From an uncultured Sangeribacter sp. (GTDB taxonomy: Bacteria > Bacteroidota > Bacteroidia > Bacteroidales > Muribaculaceae): a stretch of DNA of 64,000 bases. The notes below the pieces were generated by a model. That model did no database searches, was not told the origin of the DNA, and saw nothing but the letters and a program-made list of their open reading frames with translations. The stretch lies in contig CAYPGW010000003.1 of NCBI GenBank assembly GCA_964410515.1, positions 15,102-79,101 of the forward strand. The letters are read 5' to 3'. Positions 20,806 to 29,570 of this stretch are shown piece after piece. Position 1 is the first letter of the stretch; each line of letters opens with the position of its first letter. The position numbers and the translations under genes are program-made.

Positions 20806-22863
20806 ATGATTCGACTTAAACATCCTCACACCATAATCCTCATACTCCTTATAGGAATAATGGCATATTCCGCTCCGCTTGCCCGAGCCCAGGGCGACCG
20901 CGACTGGAATCCGAAAGCCATGCCCGGCGAAGGGGAGCCGACCGAGACGGTGAAGGAGCCTTCTGCGTGGACCCTCACCTACCCTCTCGGATTTCATACT
21001 CCCGCCAGCGTGGACACCGCGCAATACAACTATCAGCGAAGAAGTATCCCTACCCTTGCAAGCGACGCATGGGCCATTACCGGAAACCTCGGCTCGCCGG
21101 GACTCAACCTCCTGTGGTTTGAACGTGAGAAGCCAAGCGGATTTCTATTCTATGACGCACTCGGCTTCTGGCTGCCGAGTTTTGCAAAACAGAAATTCCA
21201 CAACTCGTATATCCCCACCACCATACTGCAATATAATTACTGCGGCAATTCGGAAAATCATCAAGACCGGCTTCAGGCCGATCTCTACGGCAACGTAAAC
21301 CGACGCATTGGCATAGGAGGATTTATAGACTACCTCCACTCCAAGGGCTGCTACAACTATCAGGCTGCCAAAAACTTCAACTTCGGGCTTTCATGCTATT
21401 ACTATGGCGACCGCTATGAACTACAGACATTCTATCAGCAGTATGCCCACCAGAATCTGGAGAACGGAGGAATCACCGACGACCGCTACATCACCGATCC
21501 GGCTGCTGTGCAGGGTGGAGTGACCGCTGTGCAATATAAAAGTATTCCCACAAGACTCACATCGGCAAAAAACATCCTGAACGGGTCGCAATTCTACATG
21601 AATCATGCCTACAAGATAGGATACTGGAGCGACGAGCAGGTCAACGACACTCTGACACGCGACATCTACGTGCCGGTGATGAAAGTGCTCTACACGTTCG
21701 ACTATCGCCATTACCGTCATACATTCAGCGAGAAGAGTGTAGCATCCGACTTCTGGACCGACAACTACTTCGACAGCAAATCAACCTACGACAACACTAC
21801 CCTCAACACTATCAGCAACACCGTCGGCATCTACCTTATAGAAGGCTTCCGCAAATGGATGAAATTCGGTCTGTCGGCCTACGCCACATTCCAACACAAC
21901 TCATTCACACTCCCGAATGCCGGCTATACCCTTGATGCCGATTCCGGCGAAGATCCGGCTGAATCTGACGCCTCCGGCAGCACCCCGGTTCCAGGAGTCC
22001 AACTTCCTGATCCACGCCACTCGCAGAATTTTCTGTATGTCGGCGGTCGCCTCGACAAATCGCAGGGCGCAATACTTCGCTATAACGCCAACGTGCGCTT
22101 CGGACTAAGCGGCGATGCAGCGGGCGATCTGGAGCTCGATGGCCAGCTTCTGACCAACATACCTCTTTTCGGCGACACGGTATCGATAGAAGGACACGGG
22201 GCTTTCCACAACAAAACACCCGACTGGATATCGAAGCACTATGTCTCAAACCATTTCATCTGGAACAACAACTTCGGAAAGATTCGCTCTGTGAAGTTCG
22301 GAGGCGGACTTGAAGTGCCCTGGACTCGCACGCGCGCATTCGTTGATGTTGAAAACATTCAGAATCACATTTATTTCGGACCCGACTTCCTTCCGCGCCA
22401 GCACGGCGGCAACGTGCAGATAATGCGCGTCGGGCTTGACCAGAATTTCAAGGTGGGTGTGCTCAACTGGAACAACTCCATAGCATGGCAGGTCTCAAGC
22501 GACCAGAACGTAGTGCCATTGCCACAGCTGACAGTTTATAGCAACCTGTTTGTTCAGATGCTGGCTTTCAAGGTGCTTCACATACAGCTGGGCGTGGACT
22601 GCGACTTATACACCAAATACAAGGGCTACGCCTACCAGCCGGCCACAATGACATTCGCCACCCAACAGACTTCACAGCTCGGTGGGTATCCCTTCTGCAA
22701 CGCCTACATAAACCTGCGACTCTATCGCGCGCGCTTCTATTTCATGATGAGCCATGTAAATCAGGGCCTTTTCGGAAGCCGCTACAATGAATTCTCGCTT
22801 CCGGGATATCCCATCAACCCCCGACGGTTTCAACTCGGAATAGCGGTAGACTTCGCCAATTAA
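20806..22863 (+). CDS. Putative outer-membrane porin (Bacteroidetes putative-porin family)
   Basis: Signal peptide, GNLGSPG, ENGGITDD motifs, aromatic beta-strand pattern, C-terminal LGIAVDFAN. Confidence 0.75.
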   Translation: MIRLKHPHTIILILLIGIMAYSAPLARAQGDRDWNPKAMPGEGEPTETVKEPSAWTLTYPLGFHTPASVDTAQYNYQRRSIPTLASDAWAITGNLGSPGLNLLWFEREKPSGFLFYDALGFWLPSFAKQKFHNSYIPTTILQYNYCGNSENHQDRLQADLYGNVNRRIGIGGFIDYLHSKGCYNYQAAKNFNFGLSCYYYGDRYELQTFYQQYAHQNLENGGITDDRYITDPAAVQGGVTAVQYKSIPTRLTSAKNILNGSQFYMNHAYKIGYWSDEQVNDTLTRDIYVPVMKVLYTFDYRHYRHTFSEKSVASDFWTDNYFDSKSTYDNTTLNTISNTVGIYLIEGFRKWMKFGLSAYATFQHNSFTLPNAGYTLDADSGEDPAESDASGSTPVPGVQLPDPRHSQNFLYVGGRLDKSQGAILRYNANVRFGLSGDAAGDLELDGQLLTNIPLFGDTVSIEGHGAFHNKTPDWISKHYVSNHFIWNNNFGKIRSVKFGGGLEVPWTRTRAFVDVENIQNHIYFGPDFLPRQHGGNVQIMRVGLDQNFKVGVLNWNNSIAWQVSSDQNVVPLPQLTVYSNLFVQMLAFKVLHIQLGVDCDLYTKYKGYAYQPATMTFATQQTSQLGGYPFCNAYINLRLYRARFYFMMSHVNQGLFGSRYNEFSLPGYPINPRRFQLGIAVDFAN

Positions 22864-22875
22864 TGACCTGCAGCC

Positions 22876-23679
22876 ATGAAGAATCACAATAAAGCCCGAA
22901 CGGGACAATTACTTTTCTATATCGTTATACTGGCAGCGGCAGTAGCGTGCATGATTTGGCTGCGCCACAGGTCAGCCTCCACCCCTTCGCACTCAGAGGG
23001 CGAAGGGCCTGACACCATACATGCAGCTATTGTCTACGGCCCGACAAGCTACAGAGTGCTCATCTCTGAAGAGGGCGACGATTCCATCACAGGCATCAAC
23101 TATCACCTTCTGAAGCAGCTCGAAGAGGAACTGAACACCAAAATAGAGCTTCATCCCGTAATAGACCGCGACGAGGCCCTTGCTAAATTACAGTCGTCGC
23201 AATATGACATACTCGCATCGGTGGCGGCCGATAACTATATCAAACAAGAATTTCTCACCACCGGCGACGTCTATCTCGACCGCCTCGTACTGCTTCAGAA
23301 CATAGATTCTATAGAGGGAAAGCCAAAAGTGAGGAGCGCTCTCGATCTTAACGGTGACACCGTCTACGTGGAAAGAGGAAGCGCTGCAAAACGCAGAATC
23401 GAGAATCTTAGCCGCGAGATCGGAGGCGCCATCCATGTGGCAGAGGCGCAAGGCCTCAGTGAAGAGTATATAGCCATCAAGGTGGCCACCGGAGAGTGGA
23501 AATACGCCGTGGTCAATGAGAAGACTGCCGAAGAGATGAAAGCCCGCTATCCGAGGCTCGATTTCTCCACCCCCGTAAGTTTCACTCAGTTTCAGGTCTG
23601 GGTGCTTCCACAGGGTAAAGACTCACTGCTTCAGAAAGTGAATCACTTCCTCGAATCGCACCCGGCTGCTAACCGCTGA
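22876..23679 (+). CDS. Membrane-anchored substrate-binding-domain protein (SBP family 3, MltF N-domain-like)
   Basis: N-terminal TM helix, GINYHLLK, LDLNGDTVYV, VSFTQFQVW. Confidence 0.75.
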   Translation: MKNHNKARTGQLLFYIVILAAAVACMIWLRHRSASTPSHSEGEGPDTIHAAIVYGPTSYRVLISEEGDDSITGINYHLLKQLEEELNTKIELHPVIDRDEALAKLQSSQYDILASVAADNYIKQEFLTTGDVYLDRLVLLQNIDSIEGKPKVRSALDLNGDTVYVERGSAAKRRIENLSREIGGAIHVAEAQGLSEEYIAIKVATGEWKYAVVNEKTAEEMKARYPRLDFSTPVSFTQFQVWVLPQGKDSLLQKVNHFLESHPAANR

Positions 23680-23711
23680 CAACTTTCCTCATTCAGGGGC
23701 GTTATAAGTGT

Positions 23712-24794
23712 ATGAAAAAGATTCTCACCTTAACGATCCCCCTGCTCATTGCAATGGCTTTCGTGCGCCCGGAAGCGCGCGCCTGGGATATTGACACCAA
23801 ATACACAGGGCCAAAGACCCCTACCACCGACACCCGCTGGCATCCTGACATACTGCCGGGCTACGAGGCTCGCTACGTAGACCAGGGTATGCAATTCGAC
23901 GGCCCCTGCCGATCAACGATTGTGAGACTGAAATGTCGGAAGCCATCGAAAAGAGGGTTTCTCTACATTCACGGCTTCAACGACTACTTTTTCCAGTCAG
24001 AGATGGGCCGGAGATTTGTAGATTCCGGCTATCACTTCTATGCCGTAGATCTCCGCCGCTATGGAAGGAGCAAGGAACCCTGGCAATATCCGTACAACAT
24101 ACGCGACATGCGCAAATATTTCGACGATATTGACTCGGCGGTGGTCCAGATGAAGCGCGACGGCATTGATGACATCACGCTCGGCGGACACTCTACCGGC
24201 GGACTGACGGTAGTGGCTTACGGAGTAGACAAGTCAGACAGCATTCCGGTGCAGAGAATCGTTACGGATTCGCCATTCCTTGCGTGGAATTTCAACTCAT
24301 TCTATCGTCATCTGCTGATTCCCGGGGTGAGAAATCTTTCCTCATTTATTAAGAACGCCAAAATTCCGCAAGGAAAATGCGACGGATACGCCTACTCTCT
24401 GCTGAAGGAATTTGACGGAGAATGGACTTACAACACCGACTGGAAGATGACCTACTCGCCGCCTGTTACATTCTCATGGGTAGGACAGATACAATCCACA
24501 CAGAACAAGGTGAAGAAACACGCCGACAGGCTGCGTGTGCCCGTGCTGATCATGCACTCGAGCAGAAAGGTAGACGGCTGCAACTACGATCCTTCATTCC
24601 AATATGGAGATGCGGTGCTCGATCCATTCATGATTCAAAGCGTGGGAGAGAGAATCAAATCAAAAAGCCCGCGACCGGTGACGGTTTGCGCAATCGACTC
24701 GGGCCTCCACGACCTCATCCTGAGCAAGAAGCCTCACCGCGATGCGGCCTACGACTCAATCTTCTCGTTCATCAGAAAAACGAGCCCGCAGTGA
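23712..24794 (+). CDS. Exported alpha/beta hydrolase (lysophospholipase-like)
   Basis: HGFNDY, DLRRYGRS, GHSTGG nucleophile elbow, HDL. Confidence 0.88.
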   Translation: MKKILTLTIPLLIAMAFVRPEARAWDIDTKYTGPKTPTTDTRWHPDILPGYEARYVDQGMQFDGPCRSTIVRLKCRKPSKRGFLYIHGFNDYFFQSEMGRRFVDSGYHFYAVDLRRYGRSKEPWQYPYNIRDMRKYFDDIDSAVVQMKRDGIDDITLGGHSTGGLTVVAYGVDKSDSIPVQRIVTDSPFLAWNFNSFYRHLLIPGVRNLSSFIKNAKIPQGKCDGYAYSLLKEFDGEWTYNTDWKMTYSPPVTFSWVGQIQSTQNKVKKHADRLRVPVLIMHSSRKVDGCNYDPSFQYGDAVLDPFMIQSVGERIKSKSPRPVTVCAIDSGLHDLILSKKPHRDAAYDSIFSFIRKTSPQ

Positions 24795-24849
24795 GAATCA
24801 TGATGCCCGGAGGAGATATACAATATCCGGAAAAAAGTTGTAACTTTTA

Positions 24850-24881
24850 TTTGCTTCCTATCGTTTTATTTAGTAACTTTG
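24850..24881 (+). promoter_or_regulatory. Canonical Bacteroidetes promoter for relA
   Basis: TTTG (24850-24853) - 20 nt - TAACTTTG (24874-24881). Confidence 0.75.
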
Positions 24882-24907
24882 TGCTTAGTCAGTAAAAGAA
24901 CACATTG

Positions 24908-27109
24908 ATGGAAGAAACACAGGCTACCCAAACCCGGCTTCCTCTCTCCTTGCTGCGCCACTGCCGCGATCTCTACCGCAATGTGGCGGATGCCGCCTCA
25001 TTCTCTGATGACACGGATCGCCTCATGCTCTCACTTTTCCGAGCCACATGCCGTTCAGGAAAATCAGCCTACGACAACAAGGGGCTGCCACGAATGCTGA
25101 TGGCTCTCGAGACTGCCGACGCGTTCGCGCATTTCATCGACGCCGACTCCAACATCCTTCAGGCAATACTTCTCTGTGACTTTTACGGGGAATCTATATC
25201 TCCCGACGAGATCCGCCTGAAATGCGGCGACGACGTGGCCTCGATGCTGAAGGCCATCGAGACCGTGGCACAATTCTCTGCCAAACGCAATCTGCAGAAT
25301 CAAGACAACTTCAGGGGGCTAATGCTCTCCCTGGCAGACGACATAAGGGTGATCATCATCATGATAGTGCGCGATCTTGTGCTGATGCGCAATATCAATA
25401 ATCATCCGGATCAGGAATGGGTCAGCAACATGGCATTCGAGGCAAACGTACTCTATGCCCAGCTCGCCCACAGGCTTGGCCTATACAAGATAAAGGGTGA
25501 ACTCGAAGACCTATCCCTTAAATACACCAACCGCGAGATATACAAGCAGATAGCCCATAAACTCAACGAGACGAAACGCTCGCGCGATGCCTACATAGAG
25601 AAATTCATAGCTCCGGTGAAGCGGAAACTTGAAGAAGCCGGACTCACCTTCACTATAAAAGGACGCACGAAGTCAATCTCTTCCATCTGGGCGAAGATGC
25701 GCAAGCAGAAAGTGGATCTCGACCGCATCTATGATCTCTTCGCCATTCGTGTGATAATCGACACTCCGCCCGAAAAGGAGAAGAGCGACTGCTGGCTGGC
25801 TTATTCCATACTGACCGATATGTATACTCCGAATCCGGCACGTATGCGCGACTGGATCTCCATTCCGAAGAGCAACGGCTATGAGAGCCTACACGCCACC
25901 GTGATGGGCCCCGAGTCGAAATGGGTGGAAGTGCAGTTCCGCACCCGGAGGATGGATCTCGTGGCAGAAAAAGGACTCGCGGCCCACTGGCGCTACAAGG
26001 GTGTGAAATCAGACTCCACCGATCAGTGGATGAACAACATACGCGACATTCTGGAAGCCGGCGAGGAAGATCCTATGCAGCTGATGAAAGATATCCGCAT
26101 GGATATCTACTCAAAGGAAGTGTATGCCTTCACACCAAAAGGAGACCTCTTCAAGCTGCCGGCGGGAGCTACAGTGCTTGACTTTGCATTCTATATCCAT
26201 TCCAATGTGGGAGCCCACTGCACGGGAGGTATCGTAAATGGCAGGCACCGCAAGATCTCTCACGTGATCAGGAGCGGTGACACTGTGGAGATTCTGACTT
26301 CAGCCTCGCAGACGCCTAAATCGGATTGGCTCAATGTGGTGGTGAGTTCCAAAAGCCGAAGCAAGATAAGGCAGAAACTCCATGAGGCGCTGCAGGCCCG
26401 TGCAGAACTCGGGAAAGAAGAGTTGCTGCGCCGCGCGAAAAACCGGAAAATAGAGATTGACGAGGCTTCCATGATGAAACTCATCAAAAAGGAAGGATAT
26501 AAATACGTCAATGAATTTTATGCCGACATAGCAGATCACAACCTCGACGCGGGAAAGATAATAGCTCAATATCAGGCCGCCACCACGCCCGAGGAGACTG
26601 CAGAACGCACCACAGCCCAGGATTTCGAGCTCATACGCGATAACAATTATGAGGAATCGGGCGAAGTGCTGACCATCGGTGAGAAATCGATTAAAGGGCT
26701 CAGCTACAAACTGGCTAAATGCTGCAATCCAGTCTACGGTGACAAGGTGTTCGGATTCATCTCTTCCGACGGAGTTGTTAAGATTCACCGCATCGACTGC
26801 CCGAATGCAGCCAACATCAGAAGCCGCTACCCCTATAGACTCATCCGCGTCACATGGAGCGGAAAAGGTGGCTCCGAGCTCCCTGTGCAGCTGCGTATTC
26901 TCGGTCAGGACGACATAGGCATCATTGCCAATATTACTTCCATAATCAGCAAGGAGACAAAAGCCTCGCTGAGAAATATCAGGGTGGACTCAAACGACGG
27001 TCTTTTCCAGGGCTACCTCACGCTCGGCATTGCCGACAACTCGGTGCTTAATGCCATAATGAAGAAGATCAAGGGAGTAAAAGGAGTGAAGGAAGTGGAA
27101 AGAATGTAG
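24908..27109 (+). CDS. relA: Long RSH (p)ppGpp synthetase with degenerate hydrolase domain (RelA-like)
   Basis: KGRTKS, YDLFAIR, GYESLH, EVQFRT; TGS, CC/ZFD (AKCCNP) and ACT domains; HD position reads CD. Confidence 0.9.
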   Translation: MEETQATQTRLPLSLLRHCRDLYRNVADAASFSDDTDRLMLSLFRATCRSGKSAYDNKGLPRMLMALETADAFAHFIDADSNILQAILLCDFYGESISPDEIRLKCGDDVASMLKAIETVAQFSAKRNLQNQDNFRGLMLSLADDIRVIIIMIVRDLVLMRNINNHPDQEWVSNMAFEANVLYAQLAHRLGLYKIKGELEDLSLKYTNREIYKQIAHKLNETKRSRDAYIEKFIAPVKRKLEEAGLTFTIKGRTKSISSIWAKMRKQKVDLDRIYDLFAIRVIIDTPPEKEKSDCWLAYSILTDMYTPNPARMRDWISIPKSNGYESLHATVMGPESKWVEVQFRTRRMDLVAEKGLAAHWRYKGVKSDSTDQWMNNIRDILEAGEEDPMQLMKDIRMDIYSKEVYAFTPKGDLFKLPAGATVLDFAFYIHSNVGAHCTGGIVNGRHRKISHVIRSGDTVEILTSASQTPKSDWLNVVVSSKSRSKIRQKLHEALQARAELGKEELLRRAKNRKIEIDEASMMKLIKKEGYKYVNEFYADIADHNLDAGKIIAQYQAATTPEETAERTTAQDFELIRDNNYEESGEVLTIGEKSIKGLSYKLAKCCNPVYGDKVFGFISSDGVVKIHRIDCPNAANIRSRYPYRLIRVTWSGKGGSELPVQLRILGQDDIGIIANITSIISKETKASLRNIRVDSNDGLFQGYLTLGIADNSVLNAIMKKIKGVKGVKEVERM

Positions 27110-27141
27110 AATTGTGAATAAAATATTGAGAATATAAAACT

Positions 27142-27873
27142 ATGCAGATCAAGAAAGTCCTGGTGTTGGCAGCCTCACTCGCCATTATTGCAGGAGCAGG
27201 ATGCCGAAGGAGCAACGAGGCGAAGGAGCGCGTTAAGGCTGAACGGGAAAAGTGGGAGGCGTCGCTGCCCGATTCGCTCAAGGCCATAGAGCGTCAGACT
27301 GATTCCATACGCTCGCAGATTAGCATGCTCGGCGAGAAGCTGGAGACGATGCTCCCCGACTTCGAATATGTCGATAATCCCCGCGAAGTGGAAGGCTACT
27401 ATATTGCCAAGGTCTGGAAAGACTCATATCCGATGAGCACCACCGGACTAAGAGGCCGTCTCACCAAAGGGGAAAACCTCGAACTCGTGGCGACGCTGGC
27501 GGGTGGAGCGCACTTTGACCGTCTGCGTGTCGAAGCCGGAGATCTCACAGCCGAAACGTCGGTCGTGGCTCACGATCAGGCCCTCAACTACCGCATGGAA
27601 GGACTGAACACCGTATGTTTCAGTGACAGTGCAGCCAATTCCTGCGCCAAACTGATCGCAGATGCGCAAGGACAAGTTTCGCTGATATATCTCGAAGGAG
27701 ACCGCACCACCGGCAAACTGACATATCCCGAAAAAGACAAGTCTGCCATGGCTTTGACATGGAGACTATTCAGCACCCGCAGGGAGATAACGCGCGACGA
27801 GCGCATGCTTCCGCTTCTCGCTAAGAAAGGCGCTATCATCACATCCAAAATCGAGTCGCTGAAGTCTGAATGA
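27142..27873 (+). CDS. Hypothetical lipoprotein
   Basis: Lipobox-like AGAGC after a hydrophobic stretch; coiled-coil N region. Confidence 0.7.
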   Translation: MQIKKVLVLAASLAIIAGAGCRRSNEAKERVKAEREKWEASLPDSLKAIERQTDSIRSQISMLGEKLETMLPDFEYVDNPREVEGYYIAKVWKDSYPMSTTGLRGRLTKGENLELVATLAGGAHFDRLRVEAGDLTAETSVVAHDQALNYRMEGLNTVCFSDSAANSCAKLIADAQGQVSLIYLEGDRTTGKLTYPEKDKSAMALTWRLFSTRREITRDERMLPLLAKKGAIITSKIESLKSE

Positions 27874-27919
27874 CGACGGCTCAAATCCATATAAATCATA
27901 ACCCAAAAATCTAAATAAC

Positions 27920-29446
27920 ATGCAATTGACCGCAAAAGACCTCGAGACCCTCGCAAAAAGAGGAATCTCGGAAGCAAAACTTGAAGAGCAGATACTGATG
28001 CTCAAGGAAGGCTTTCCATACCTGAAGATAGAGGGAGCCGTAACTCCCGGACACGGCCTGACTGTAGCATCGCCTGAACTTATACGCCAGAGCGAGGAAA
28101 TGTGGCTCAAGTATCTTGCCGGAGGAGCCAAAGTGATGAAGATGGTGCCGGCAAGCGGTGCCGCCTCGCGTATGTTTAAAGACCTTTTCTCATTCCTAAA
28201 TGGAAAGAGCGACAAGCCCGACAATGACTTCATGAAGAAGTTTTTCGAGAATATCGAGAAATTCGCGTTCTTCCCCAAACTCAACTTCCTCTGTCTCCAG
28301 CTTTTCGGCTACAGCATCGACTCCCTCATCAAGCTGGGCCGCTACAAGGATATAGTAGACATACTCCTCTCCAACGCCGGAATGAACTATGGCAAACTCC
28401 CGAAGGCCCTCCTCGAATTCCATAAGGAGATCGGTGGCAGCCGCACACCCCTGCAGGAGCACCTTGCTGAAGGCGCCCAGTATGCAGCCGGCAAAGACGG
28501 TAAGGTTCATCTCCACTTCACAGTATCGGAAGACCACGTGCCCCTCGTGCAGGCTAAACTTGAGGAAATAAAAGGAGTGATGGAACATGCCTACGGCGTG
28601 GAATACGACATCACACTGAGCGTGCAGAAGCCATCGACCGACACTGTGGCCGCAACCATGCACGGAGAGCCCTACCGCGAGAACGAGGAACTCTTCTTCC
28701 GCCCGGGCGGACACGGCGCGCTCATCGAGAACCTCAACGACCTCGACGCCGATGTAATATTCATCAAGAATATCGACAACCTCGTGCCTGATGCCCTGCG
28801 TCAGCCCACTATCAGCTTCAAGATGGTGCTCGGAGGAGTCCTCGTGGGAGTAAAGAAAAAGATCGACCAATATTGCGAAGCGCTCGCCAAGGGCATTCCT
28901 TCGGGCGAAGCCATGGTGGAGATGCTCGACTTCCTGCGCAGCAAACTATGCGTGACCCATGACAAGGCCTCGGAAATGACTCCCGAAGAACTCCGCGACT
29001 ATCTCTTCTCTAAATTCAATCGTCCCACCCGTGTCTGCGGCATGGTGAAAAACGAGGGTGAACCCGGAGGAGGCCCATTCCTCTGCTACAATGCCGACGG
29101 CACAGTCAGCCCCCAGATACTCGAATCATCACAGATCGATCCGCACGACAAGGAAGCGCAGAAACTTCTAAAGGAAGCCACACACTTCAATCCGGTGGAT
29201 CTGGCAGTCAGCATCAAGGATTACAAGGGAAAGAAATTCAATCTTCCCGACTATGTGGATAAGGCTACCGGCTTCATTTCAGTCAAGAGCCGCGACGGTG
29301 TAGAGATAAAGGCGCTTGAGCTGCCCGGCCTCTGGAACGGAGCCATGAGCGACTGGAACACCGTTATGGTTGAAGTGCCCGTGGAGACCTTCAACCCCGT
29401 GAAGACGGTCAACGATCTACTCCGCCCCACTCATCAGCCTGCATGA
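27920..29446 (+). CDS. DUF4301 family protein (UDPGP-like nucleotidyltransferase fold)
   Basis: VPASGAASRMFK, FRPGGHGALIENL, FIKNIDN, ELPGLWNGAM, FNPVKTVNDLL. Confidence 0.88.
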   Translation: MQLTAKDLETLAKRGISEAKLEEQILMLKEGFPYLKIEGAVTPGHGLTVASPELIRQSEEMWLKYLAGGAKVMKMVPASGAASRMFKDLFSFLNGKSDKPDNDFMKKFFENIEKFAFFPKLNFLCLQLFGYSIDSLIKLGRYKDIVDILLSNAGMNYGKLPKALLEFHKEIGGSRTPLQEHLAEGAQYAAGKDGKVHLHFTVSEDHVPLVQAKLEEIKGVMEHAYGVEYDITLSVQKPSTDTVAATMHGEPYRENEELFFRPGGHGALIENLNDLDADVIFIKNIDNLVPDALRQPTISFKMVLGGVLVGVKKKIDQYCEALAKGIPSGEAMVEMLDFLRSKLCVTHDKASEMTPEELRDYLFSKFNRPTRVCGMVKNEGEPGGGPFLCYNADGTVSPQILESSQIDPHDKEAQKLLKEATHFNPVDLAVSIKDYKGKKFNLPDYVDKATGFISVKSRDGVEIKALELPGLWNGAMSDWNTVMVEVPVETFNPVKTVNDLLRPTHQPA

Positions 29447-29466
29447 TTCTAACTGACAATCAACCT

Positions 29467-29501
29467 AAAAAATCCGAAGATAAAAATTCTTCGGATTTTT
29501 T
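29467..29501 (+). terminator. Intrinsic terminator after DUF4301
   Basis: AAAAAATCCGAAGA-taaaaat-TCTTCGGATTTTTT. Confidence 0.85.
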
Positions 29502-29570
29502 TACATTTGTGAATAAACCTTTCCAAATGTAATCAGTCATAAATATCGTACTACAACTTAAAACAGTCTC

